Of a stretch of 64,000 bases of DNA, positions 1 through 13,700 are shown piece after piece (the stretch's first letter is position 1; each line of letters starts with the position of its first letter). The notes below the pieces were generated by a model that had not been told where the DNA came from, ran no database searches, and was given only the letters and a program-made list of their open reading frames with translations. Where the stretch lies: the NCBI GenBank assembly GCA_964057225.1, contig OZ059896.1, positions 12,648,001 through 12,712,000 of the forward strand, written 5' to 3'. The translations under genes and the position numbers were made by a program. The stretch is from Auanema rhodensis. Lineage: Eukaryota; Animalia; Nematoda.

Positions 1-3000
1 TTCTCTCGAAATAGCAAGTAGAGTGTAAAGTTGTACCCACTTAACAAAGAAAGTAGAAGAACATATATATTTAGAGCAAAAAAAGTGCGGAAAAGTCGTT
101 ATCTCGTTAACATCAGTTTCACTGTTCAAAACTCTGTTTATTGTCACTCTACTTGCTATTTCGACTGAAACGTTTACAGATATATATTTATATTTACTAC
201 ACTAGCAAGCAGAAGAAAACCTTATACTAGTTCATTGTTTTTTTTGAAATTTTTTTCGGTATATTTATTTTTTCACTGTCAAATCGGCAAGCACCTGCTG
301 CACATGTGCGAGCTATTTGAGTGACCGATGCCCAAACAAGCCACGCTTAGAAAAAGAGGCTGACATAACACGTTTTTCACTCCTACCCAGATTGATTGCT
401 TTAGAGACATTTCTGTCTTATCTCATTATATTCTCTACTTTGACTTTGACTTTTCTGAAATTTCATTAATGTATAATTCAAAATAACATTTCTTGTGATC
501 AGATTGTTAATCTTTATATCTGTAAACGTTTCTCTCGAAATAGCAAGAAGAGTGTTCAGTTGTACCCACTTAACAAAGAAAGTAGAAGAACATATATATT
601 TAGAGCCAAAAAAGTGCGGAAAAGTCGTTATCTCGTTAACATCAGTTTCACTGCCCAAAACTCTGTTTATTGTCATTCTACTTGCTATTTCGAGAGAAAC
701 GTTTACAGTTATATATGAATATTTACTACACTAACAAGCAGAAGAAAACCTTATACTAGTTCATTGTTTTTTTTGAAATTTTTTTCGGTATATTTATTTT
801 TTCACTGTCAAATCGGCAAGCACCTGCTGCACATGTGCGAGCTATTCAAGTGACCGATGCTCAAACGAGCCACGCTTAGAAAATGAGACTGACATAACAC
901 GTTTTTCACTCCTACCCAGAGTGATTGCTTTAGAGACATTTCTGTCTTATCTCATTATATTCTCTACTTTGACTTTGATTTTTCTAAAATTTCATTAATG
1001 TATAATTCAAAATATCATTTCTTGTGATCAGATTGTTAATCGTTATATCTGTAAACGTTTCTCTCAAAATAGCAAGTAGAGTGTTCAGTTGTACTCACTT
1101 AACAAAGAAAGTAGAAGAACATATATATTTAGAGCAAAAAAAGTGCGGAAAAGTCGTTATCTCGTTAACATCAGTTTCACTGCCCAAAACTCTGTTTATT
1201 GTCATTCTACTTGCTATTTCGAGAGAAACGTTTACAGATATATATGAATATTTACTACACTAGCAAGCAGAAGAAAACCTTATACTAGTTCATTGTTTTT
1301 TTTGAAATTTTTTTCGGTATATTTATTTTTTCACTGTCAAATCGGCAAGCACCTGCTGCACATGTGCGAGCTATTCGAGTGAACGATGCCCAAACGAGCG
1401 ACGCTTAGAAAATGAGGCTGACATAACACGTTTTTCACTCCTACCCAGATTGATTGCTTTAGAGACATTTCTGTCTTATCTCATTATATTCTCTACTTTG
1501 ACTTTGATTTTTCTAAAATTTCATTAATGTATAATTCAAAATATCATTTCTTGTGATCAGACTGTTAATTGTTATATCTGTAAACGTTTCTCTCGAAATA
1601 GCAAGTGGAGTGTTCAGTTGTACCCACTTAACAAAGAAAGTAGAAGAACATATATATTTAGAGCAAAAAAAGTGCGGAAAAGTCGTTATCTCGTTAACAT
1701 TAGTTTCACTGCCCAAAACTCTGTTCATTGTCACTCTACTTGCTATTTCGAGAAAAACGTTTACAGATATATATGAATATTTACTACACTAGCAAGCAGA
1801 AGAAAACCTTATACTAGTTCATTGTTTTTTTTTAGTTTTTTTCGGTATATTTATTTTTTCACTGTCAAATCGGCAAGCACCTGCTGCACATGTGCGAGCT
1901 ATTCAAGTGATCGATGCCCAAACGAGCCACGCTTAGAAAATGAGGCTGACATAACACGTTTTTCACTCCTACCCAGATTGATTGCTTCAGAGACATTTCT
2001 GTCTTATCTCATTATATTCTCTACTTTGACTTTGATTTTTCTAAAATTTCATTAATATATAATTCAAAATATCATTTCTTGTGATCAGATTGTTAATCGT
2101 TATATCTGTAAACGTTTCTCTCGAAATAGCAAGTGGAGTGTTCAGTTGTACCCACTTAACAAAGAAAGTAGAAGAACATATATATTTAGAGCAAAAAAAG
2201 TGCGGAAAAGTCGTTATCTCGTTAACATTAGTTTCACTGCCCAAAACTCTGTTCATTGTCACTCTACTTGCTATTTCGAGAGAAACGTTTACAGATGTAT
2301 ATAAATATTTACTACACTAGCAAGCAGAAGAAAACCTTATACTAGTTCATTGTTTTTTTTTGAAATTTTTTTCGGTATATTTATTTTTTCACTGTCAAAT
2401 CGGCAAGCACCTGCTGCACATGTGCGAGCTATTCGAGTGAACGATGCCCAAACGAGCCACGCTTAGAAAATGAGGCTGACATAACACGTTTTTCACTCCT
2501 ACCCAGATTGATTGCTTTAGAGACATTTCTGTCTTATCTCATTATATTCTCTACTTTGACTTTGATTTTTCTAAAATTTCATTAATGTATAATTCAAAAT
2601 ATCATTTCTTGTGATCAGACTGTTAATTGTTATATCTGTAAACGTTTCTCTCAAAATAGCAAGTAGAGTTTTCAGTTGTACCCACTTAACAAAGAAAGTA
2701 GAAGAACATATATATTTAGAGCAAAAAAAGTGCGGAAAAGTCGTTATCTCGTTAACATCAGTTTCACTGCCCAAAACTCTGTTTATTGTCATTCTACTTG
2801 CTATTTCGAGAAAAACGTTTACAGATATATATGAATATTTACTACACTAGCAAGCAGAAGAAAACCTTATACTAGTTCATTGTTTTTTTTGAAATTTTTT
2901 TGGTATATTTATTTTTTCACTGTCAAATCGGCAAGCACCTGCTGCACATGTGCGAGCTATTCGAGTGACCGATGCCCAAACGAGCCACGCTTAGAAAATG

Positions 3001-6000
3001 AAGCTGACATAACACGTTTTTCACTCCTATCCAGATTGATTGCTTTAGAGACATTTCTGTCTTATCTCATTATATTCTCTACTTTGACTTTGATTTTTCT
3101 AAAATTTCTTTAATGTATAATTCAAAATATCATTTCTTGTGATCAGCTTGTTAATCGTTATATCTGTAAACGTTTCTCTCGAAATAGCAAGTAGAGTGTA
3201 AAGTTGTACCCACTTAACAAAGAAAGTAGAAGAACATATATATTTAGAGCAAAAAAAGTGCGGAAAAGTCGTTATCTCGTTAACATCAGTTTCACTGTTC
3301 AAAACTCTGTCTATTGTCACTCTACTTGCTATTTCGAGAGAAACGTTTACAGATATATATTTATATTTACTACACTAGCAAGCAGAAGAAAACCTTATAC
3401 TAGTTCATTGTTTTTTTTGAAATTTTTTTCGGTATATTTATTTTTTCACTGTCAAATCGGCAAGCACCTGCTGCACATGTGCGAGCTATTCGAGTGACCG
3501 ATGCCCAAACAAGCCACGCTTAGAAAATGAGGCTGACATAACACGTTTTTCACTCCTACCCAGATTGATTGCTTTAGAGACATTTCTGTCTTATCTCATT
3601 ATATTCTCTACTTTGACTTTGACTTTTCTGAAATTTCATTAATGTATAATTCAAAATAACATTTCTTGTGATCAGCTTGTTAATCGTTATATCTGTAAAC
3701 GTTTCTCTCGAAATAGCAAGTAGAGTGTAAAGTTGTACCCACTTAACCTTATACTAGTTCATTGTTTTTTTTGAAATTTTTTTCGGTATATTTATTTTTT
3801 CACTGTCAAATCGGCAAGCACCTGCTGCACATGTGCGAGCTATTCGAGTGACCGATGCTCAAACGAGCCACGCTTAGAAAATGAGGCTGACATAACACGT
3901 TTTTCACTCCTACCCAGATTGATTGCTTTAGAGACATTTCTGTCTTATCTCATTATATTCTCTACTTTGACTTTGACTTTTCTGAAATTTCATTAATGTA
4001 TAATTCAAAATAACATTTCTTGTGATCAGCTTGTTAATCGTTATATCTGTAAACGTTTCTCTCGAAATAGCAAGTAGAGTGTAAAGTTGTACCCACTTAA
4101 CAAAGAAAGTAGAAGAACATATATATTTAGAGCAAAAAAAGTGCGGAAAAGTCGTTATCTCGTTAACATCAGTTTCACTGCCCAAAACTCTGTTTATTGT
4201 CATTCTACTTGCTATTTCGAGAGAAACGTTCACAGATATATATGAATATTTACTACACTAGCAAGCAGAAGAAAACCTTATACTAGTTCATTGTTTTTTT
4301 TGAAATTTTTTTCGGTATATTTATTTTTTCACTGTCAAATCGGCAAGCACCTGCTGCACATGTGCGAGCTATTCGAGTGAACGATGCCCAAACGAGCCAC
4401 GCTTAGAAAATGAGGCTGACATAACACGTTTTTCACTCCTACCCAGATTGATTGCTTTTGAGACATTTCTGTCTTATCTCATTATATTCTCTACTTTGAC
4501 TTTGATTTTTCTGAAATTTCATTAATGTATAATTCAAAATATCATTTCTTGTGATCAGACTGTTAATTGTTATATCTGTAAACGTTTCTCTCGAAATAGC
4601 AAGTGGAGTGTTCAGTTGTACCCACTTAACAAAGAAAGTAGAAGAACATATATATTTAGAGCAAAAAAAGTGCGGAAAAGTCTTTATCTCGTTAACATCA
4701 GTTTCACTGCCCAAAACTCTGTTTATTGTCATTCTACTTGCTATTTCGAGAGAAACGTTCACAGATATATATGAATATTTACTACACTAGCAAGCAGAAG
4801 AAAACCTTATACTAGTTCATTGTTTTTTTTTAGTTTTTTTCGGTATATTTATTTTTTCACTGTCAAATCGGCAACACTAGCAAGCAGAAGAAAACCTTAT
4901 ACTAGTTCATTGTTTTTTTTTTAATTTTTTCGGTATATTTATTTTTTCACTGTCAAATCGACAAGCACCTGCTGCACATGTGCGAGCTATTCGAGTGAAC
5001 GATGCCCAAACGAGCCACGCTTAGAAAATGAGGCTGACATAACACGTTTTTCACTCCTACCCAGATTGATTGCTTTTGAGACATTTCTGTCTTATCTCAT
5101 TATATTCTCTACTTTGACTTTGATTTTTCTGAAATTTCATTAATGTATAATTCAAAATATCATTTCTTGTGATCAGACTGTTAATTGTTATATCTGTAAA
5201 CGTTTCTCTCGAAATAGCAAGTGGAGTGTTCAGTTGTACCCACTTAACAAAGAAAGTAGAAGAACATATATATTTAGAGCAAAAAAAGTGCGGAAAAGTC
5301 TTTATCTCGTTAACATCAGTTTCACTGCCCAAAACTCTGTTTATTGTCATTCTACTTGCTATTTCGAGAGAAACGTTCACAGATATATATGAATATTTAC
5401 TACACTAGCAAGCAGAAGAAAACCTTATACTAGTTCATTGTTTTTTTTTAGTTTTTTTCGGTATATTTATTTTTTCACTGTCAAATCGGCAACACTAGCA
5501 AGCAGAAGAAAACCTTATACTAGTTCATTGTTTTTTTTTTAATTTTTTCGGTATATTTATTTTTTCACTGTCAAATCGACAAGCACCTGCTGCACATGTG
5601 CGAGCTATTCGAGTGACCGATGCCCGAACGAGCCACGCTTAGAAAATGAGGCTGACATAACACGTTTTTCACTCCTACCCAGAGTGATTGCTTTAGAGAC
5701 ATTTCTGTCTTATCTCATTATATTCTCTACTTTGACTTTGATTTTTCTAAAATTTCATTAATGTATAATTCAAAATATCATTTCTTGTGATCAGATTGTT
5801 AATCGTTATATCTGTAAACGTTTCTCTCAAAATAGCAAGTAGAGTGTTCAGTTGTACTCACTTAACAAAGAAAGTAGAAGAACATATATATTTAGAGCAA
5901 AAAAAGTGCGGAAAAGTCGTTATCTCGTTAACATCAGTTTCACTGTTCAAAACTCTGTTTATTGTCACTCTACTTGCTATTTCGAGAGAAACGTTCACAG

Positions 6001-7220
6001 ATATATATGAATATTTACTACACTAGCAAGCAGAAGAAAACCTTATACTAGTTCATTGTTTTTTTTTAATTTTTTTCGGTATATTTATTTTTTCACTGTC
6101 AAATCGGCAACACTAGCAAGCAGAAGAAAACCTTATACTAGTTCATTGTTTTTTTTTTTATTTTTTCGGTATATTTATTTTTTCACTGTCAAATCGGCAA
6201 GCACCTGCTGCACATGTGCGAGCTATTCAAGTGACCGATGCCCAAACGAGCCACGCTTAGAAAATGAGGCTGACATAACACGTTTTTCACTCCTACCCAG
6301 ATTGATTGCTTCAGAGACATTTCTGTCTTATCTCATTATATTCTCTACTTTGACTTTGATTTTTCTAAAATTTCATTAATGTATAATTCAAAATATCATT
6401 TCTTGTGATCAGCTTGTTAATCGTTATATCTGTAAACGTTTCTCTCGAAATAGCAAGTAGAGTGTAAAGTTGTACCCACTTAACAAAGAAAGTAGAAGAA
6501 CATATATATTTAGAGCAAAAAAAGTGCGGAAAAGTCGTTATCTCGTTAACATTAGTTTCACTGCCCAAAACTCTGTTTATTGTCATTCTACTTGCTATTT
6601 CGAGAGAAACGTTTACAGATATATATGAATATTTACTACACTAGCAAGCAGAAGAAAACCTTATACTAGTTCATTGTTTTTTTTTAATTTTTTTCGGTAT
6701 ATTTATTTTTTCACTGTCAAATCGGCAAGCACCTGCTGCACATGTGCGAGCTATTCAAGTGACCGATGCCCAAACGAGCCACGCTTAGAAAATGAGGCTG
6801 ACATAACACGTTTTTCACTCCTACCCAGATTGATTGCTTCAGAGACATTTCTGTCTTATCTCATTATATTCTCTACTTTGACTTTGATTTTTCTAAAATT
6901 TCATTAATATATAATTCAGAATATCATTTCTTGTGATCAGATTGTTAATCGTTATATCTGTAAACGTTTCTCTCGAAATAGCAAGTGGAGTGTTCAGTTG
7001 TACCCACTTAACAAAGAAAGTAGAAGAACATATATATTTAGAGCAAAAAAAGTGCGGAAAAGTCGTTATCTCGTTAACATTAGTTTCACTGCCCAAAACT
7101 CTGTTCATTGTCACTCTACTTGCTATTTCGAGAGAAACGTTTACAGATGTATATAAATATTTACTACAGTAGCAAGCAGAAAAAAACCTTATACTAGTTC
7201 ATTGTTTTTTTTTAGTTTTT

Positions 7221-10200
7221 TCGGTATATTTAATTTTTCACTGTCAAATCGGCAAGCACCTGCTGCACATGTGCGAGCTATTCAAGTGACCGATGCCCAA
7301 ACGAGCCACGCTTAGAAAATGAGGCTGACATAACACGTTTTTCACTCCTACCCAGATTGATTGCTTCAGAGACATTTCTGTCTTATCTCATTATATTCTC
7401 TACTTTGACTTTGATTTTTTTAAAATTTCATTAATATATAATTCAAAATATCATTTCTTGTGATCAGATTGTTAATCGTTATATCTGTAAACGTTTCTCT
7501 CGAAATAGCAAGTGGAGTGTTCAGTTGTACCCACTTAACAAAGAAAGTAGAAGAACATATATATTTAGAGCAAAAAAAGTGCGGAAAAGTCGTTATCTCG
7601 TTAACATTAGTTTCACTGCCCAAAACTCTGTTCATTGTCACTCTACTTGCTATTTCGAGAGAAACGTTTACAGATGTATATAAATATTTACTACACTAGC
7701 AAGCAGAAGAAAACCTTATACTAGTTCATTGTTTTTTTTAAATTTTTTTCGGTATATTTATTTTTTCACTGTCAAATCGGCAACACTAGCAAGCAGAAGA
7801 AAACCTTATACTAGTTCATTGTTTTTTTTTTAATTTTTTCGGTATATTTATTTTTTCACTGTCAAATCGACAAGCACCTGCTGCACATGTGCGAGCTATT
7901 CGAGTGACCGATGCTCAAACGAGCCACGCTTAGAAAATGAGGCTGACATAACACGTTTTTCACTCCTACCCAGATTGATTGCTTTAGAGACATTTCTGTC
8001 TTATCTCATTATATTCTCTACTTTGACTTTGATTTTTCTAAAATTTCATTAATGTATAATTCAAAATATCATTTCTTGTGATCAGATTGTTAATCGTTAT
8101 ATCTGTAACCGTTTCTCTCGAAATAGCAAGTGGAGTGTTCAGTTGTACTCACTTAACAAAAAAAGTAGAAGAACATATATATTTAGAGCAAAAAAAGTGC
8201 GGGAAAGTCGTTATCTCGTTAACATCAGTTTCACTGCCCAAAACTGTTTATTGTCATTCTACTTGCTATTTCGAGAGAAACGTTCACAGATATATATGAA
8301 TATTTACTACACTAGCAAGCAGAAGAAAACCTTATACTAGTTCATTGTTTTTTTTTAATTTTTTTCGGTATATTTATTTTTCCACTGTCAAATCGGCAAC
8401 ACTAGCAAGCAGAAGAAAACCTTATACTAGTTCATTGTTTTTTTTTTTATTTTTTCGGTATATTTATTTTTTCACTGTCAAATCGACAAGCACCTGCTGC
8501 ACATGTGCGAGCTATTCGAGTGACCGATGCTCAAACGAGCCACGCTTAGAAAATGAGGCTGACATAACACGTTTTTCACTCCTACCCAGATTGATTGCTT
8601 TAGAGACATTTCTGTCTTATCTCATTATATTCTCTACTTTGACTTTGATTTTTCTAAAATTTCATTAATGTATAATTCAAAATATCATTTCTTGTGATCA
8701 GATTGTTAATCGTTATATCTGTAACCGTTTCTCTCGAAATAGCAAGTGGAGTGTTCAGTTGTACTCACTTAACAACAAAAGTAGAAGAACATATATATTT
8801 AGAGCAAAAAAAGTGCGGGAAAGTCGTTATCTCGTTAACATCAGTTTCACTGCCCAAAACTGTTTATTGTCATTCTACTTGCTATTTCGAGAGAAACGTT
8901 CACAGATATATATGAATATTTACTACACTAGCAAGCAGAAGAAAACCTTATACTAGTTCATTGTTTTTTTTTAATTTTTTTCGGTATATTTATTTTTCCA
9001 CTGTCAAATCGGCAACACTAGCAAGCAGAAGAAAACCTTATACTAGTTCATTGTTTTTTTTTTTATTTTTTCGGTATATTTAATTTTTCACTGTCAAATC
9101 GGCAAGCACCTGCTGCACATGTGCGAGCTATTCAAGTGACCGATGCCCAAACGAGCCACGCTTAGAAAATGAGGCTGACATAACACGTTTTTCACTCCTA
9201 CCCAGATTGATTGCTTCAGAGACATTTCTGTCTTATCTCATTATATTCTCTACTTTGACTTTGATTTTTTTAAAATTTCATTAATATATAATTCAAAATA
9301 TCATTTCTTGTGATCAGATTGTTAATCGTTATATCTGTAAACGTTTCTCTCGAAATAGCAAGTGGAGTGTTCAGTTGTACCCACTTAACAAAGAAAGTAG
9401 AAGAACATATATATTTAGAGCAAAAAAAGTGCGGAAAAGTCGTTATCTCGTTAACATTAGTTTCACTGCCCAAAACTCTGTTCATTGTCACTCTACTTGC
9501 TATTTCGAGAGAAACGTTTACAGATGTATATAAATATTTACTACACTAGCAAGCAGAAGAAAACCTTATACTAGTTCATTGTTTTTTTTTAATTTTTTTC
9601 GGTATATTTATTTTTTCACTGTCAAATCGGCAACACTAGCAAGCAGAAGAAAACCTTATACTAGTTCATTGTTTTTTTTTTAATTTTTTCGGTATATTTA
9701 TTTTTTCACTGTCAAATCGACAAGCACCTGCTGCACATGTGCGAGCTATTCGAGTGACCGATGCTCAAACGAGCCACGCTTAGAAAATGAGGCTGACATA
9801 ACACGTTTTTCACTCCTACCCAGATTGATTGCTTTAGAGACATTTCTGTCTTATCTCATTATATTCTCTACTTTGACTTTGATTTTTCTAAAATTTCATT
9901 AATGTATAATTCAAAATATCATTTCTTGTGATCAGATTGTTAATCGTTATATCTGTAACCGTTTCTCTCGAAATAGCAAGTGGAGTGTTCAGTTGTACTC
10001 ACTTAACAAAAAAAGTAGAAGAACATATATATTTAGAGCAAAAAAAGTGCGGGAAAGTCGTTATCTCGTTAACATCAGTTTCACTGCCCAAAACTGTTTA
10101 TTGTCATTCTACTTGCTATTTCGAGAGAAACGTTCACAGATATATATGAATATTTACTACACTAGCAAGCAGAAGAAAACCTTATACTAGTTCATTGTTT

Positions 10201-10740
10201 TTTTTTAATTTTTTTCGGTATATTTATTTTTCCACTGTCAAATCGGCAACACTAGCAAGCAGAAGAAAACCTTATACTAGTTCATTGTTTTTTTTTTTAT
10301 TTTTTCGGTATATTTATTTTTTCACTGTCAAATCGACAAGCACCTGCTGCACATGTGCGAGCTATTCGAGTGACCGATGCTCAAACGAGCCACGCTTAGA
10401 AAATGAGGCTGACATAACACGTTTTTCACTCCTACCCAGATTGATTGCTTTAGAGACATTTCTGTCTTATCTCATTATATTCTCTACTTTGACTTTGATT
10501 TTTCTAAAATTTCATTAATGTATAATTCAAAATATCATTTCTTGTGATCAGATTGTTAATCGTTATATCTGTAACCGTTTCTCTCGAAATAGCAAGTGGA
10601 GTGTTCAGTTGTACTCACTTAACAACAAAAGTAGAAGAACATATATATTTAGAGCAAAAAAAGTGCGGGAAAGTCGTTATCTCGTTAACATCAGTTTCAC
10701 TGCCCAAAACTGTTTATTGTCATTCTACTTGCTATTTCGA
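7221..10740 (+). repeat. Higher-order tandem duplication, period 1,850 bp (3 monomers); boundaries approximate
   Basis: Matching variant ORFs 7460->9310, 8078->9928, 8345->10195, 8694->10544, with shared rare SNPs (AACAACAAAA, GTAACCG, GCGGGAAAG). Confidence 0.9.
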
Positions 10741-13700
10741 GAAAAACGTTCACAGATATATATGAATATTTACTACACTAGCAAGCAGAAGAAAACCTTA
10801 TACTAGTTCATTGCTTTTTTTTAATTTTTTTCGGTATATTTATTTTTTCACTGTCAAATCGGCAACACTAGCAAGCAGAAGAAAACCTTAAACTAGTTCA
10901 TTGTTTTTTTTTAAATTTTTTCGGTATATTTATTTTTTCACTGTCAAATCGACAAGCACCTGCTGCACATGTGCGAGCTATTCGAGTGACCGATGCCCGA
11001 ACGAGCCACGCTTAGAAAATGAGGCTGACATAACACGTTTTTCACTCCTACCCAGGTTGATTGCTTTAGAGACATTTCTGTCTTATCTCATTATATTCCC
11101 TACTTTGACTTTGATTTTTTTAAAATTTCATTAATGTATATTTCAAAATATCATTTCTTGTGATCAGCTTGTTAATCGTTATATCTGTAAACGTTTCTCT
11201 CGAAATAGCAAGTGGAGTGTTCAGTTGTACCCACTTAACAAAGAAAGTAGAAGAACATATATATTTAGAGCAAAAAAAGTGCGGAAAAGTCGTTATCTCG
11301 TTAACATTAGTTTCACTGCCCAAAACTGTTTATTGTCATTCTACTTGCTATTTCGAGAGAAACGTTCACAGATATATATGAATATTTACTACACTAGCAA
11401 GCAGAAGAAAACCTTAAACTAGTTCATTGTTTTTTTTTAAATTTTTTCGGTATATTTATTTTTTCACTGTCAAATCGACAAGCACCTGCTGCACATGTGC
11501 GAGCTATTCGAGTGACCGATGCCCGAACGAGCCACGCTTAGAAAATGAGGCTGACATAACACGTTTTTCACTCCTACCCAGGTTGATTGCTTTAGAGACA
11601 TTTCTGTCTTATCTCATTATATTCCCTACTTTGACTTTGATTTTTTTAAAATTTCATTAATGTATATTTCAAAATATCATTTCTTGTGATCAGCTTGTTA
11701 ATCGTTATATCTGTAAACGTTTCTCTCGAAATAGCAAGTGGAGTGTTCAGTTGTACCCACTTAACAAAGAAAGTAGAAGAACATATATATTTAGAGCAAA
11801 AAAAGTGCGGAAAAGTCGTTATCTCGTTAACATTAGTTTCACTGCCCAAAACTGTTTATTGTCATTCTACTTGCTATTTCGAGAGAAACGTTCACAGATA
11901 TATATGAATATTTACTACACTAGCAAGCAGAAGAAAACCTTAAACTAGTTCATTGTTTTTTTTTAAATTTTTTCGGTATATTTATTTTTTCACTGTCAAA
12001 TCGACAAGCACCTGCTGCACATGTGCGAGCTATTCGAGTGACCGATGCCCGAACGAGCCACGCTTAGAAAATGAGGCTGACATAACACGTTTTTCACTCC
12101 TACCCAGGTTGATTGCTTTAGAGACATTTCTGTCTTATCTCATTATATTCCCTACTTTGACTTTGATTTTTTTAAAATTTCATTAATGTATATTTCAAAA
12201 TATCATTTCTTGTGATCAGCTTGTTAATCGTTATATCCGTAAACGTTTCTCTCGAAATAGCAAGTAGAGTGTAAAGTTGTACCCACTTAACAAAGAAAGT
12301 AGAAGAACATATATATTTAGAGCAAAAAAAGTGCGGAAAAGTCGTTATCTCGTTAACATCAGTTTCACTGCCCAAAACTCTGTTTATTGTCATTCTACTT
12401 GCTATTTCGAGAGAAACGTTTACAGATATATATGAATATTTACTACACTAGCAAGCAGAAGAAAACCTTATACTAGTTCATTGTTTTTTTTTTAATTTTT
12501 TTCGGTATATTTATTTTTTCACTGTCAAATCGGCAAGCACCTGTTGCACATGTGCGAGCTATTCGAGTGACCAATGTCCAAACGAGCCACGCTTAGAAAA
12601 TGAGGCTGACATAACACGTTTTTCACTCCTACCCAGATTGATTGCTTTAGAGACATTTATGTCTTATCTCATTATATTCTCTACTTTGACTTTGATTTTT
12701 CTAAAATTTCATTAATGTATAATTCAAAATATCATTTCTTGTGATCAGATTGTTAATCGTTATATCTGTGAACGTTTCTCTCGAAAAAGCAAGTGGAGTG
12801 TTCAGTTGTACTCACTTAACAAAAAAAGTAGAAGAACATATATATTTAGAGCAAAAAAAGTGCGGAAAAGTCGTTATCTCGTTAACATTAGTTTCACTGC
12901 CCAAAACTCTGTTCATTGTCACTCTACTTGCTATTTCGAGAGAAACGTTTACAGATATATATGAATATTTACTACACTAGCAAGCAGAAGAAAACCTTAT
13001 ACTAGTTCATTGTTTTTTTTAATTTTTTTCGGTCTATTTATTTTTTCACTGTCAAATCGGCAACACTTGCAAGCAGAAGAAAACCTTATACTACTTCATT
13101 GTTTTTTTTTAAATTTTTTTTGGTATATTTATTTTTTCACTGTCAAATCGGCAAGCACCTGCTGCACATGTGCGAGCTATTCGGGTGACCGATGCTCAAA
13201 CGAGCCACGCTTAGAAAATGAGGCTGACATAACACGTTTTTCACTCCTACCCAGATTGATTGCTTCAGAGTCATTTCTGTCTTATCTCATTATATTCTCT
13301 ACTTTGACTTTGATTTTCCTAAAATTGCATTAATGTATAATTCAAAATATAATTTCTTGTGATCAGATTGTTAATCGTTATATCTGTAAACGTTTCTCTC
13401 GAAATAGCAAGTAGAGTGTTCAGTTGTACTCACTTAACAAAGAAAGTAGAAGAACATATATATTTAGAGCAAAAAAAGTGCGGAAAAGTCGTTATCTCGT
13501 TAACATCAGTTTCACTGCCCAAAACTGTTTATTGTCATTCTACTTGCTATTTCGAGAGAAACGTTCACAGATATATATGAATATTTACTACACTAGCAAG
13601 CAGAAGAAAACCTTATACTAGTTCATTGTTTTTTTTTAATTTTTTTCTGTATATTTATTTTTTCACTGTCAAATCGGCAACACTAGCAAGCAGAAGAAAA

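Noticed and set aside
198-235. CTAG/ACTAGT motifs suggesting a Helitron 3' end
   Set aside because: No GC-rich hairpin at the expected short distance upstream on either strand.
643-650. CAGTTTCA resembling the nematode piRNA upstream motif CNGTTTCA
   Set aside because: Single 8-mer, commonly mutated to TAGTTTCA, and host unknown.
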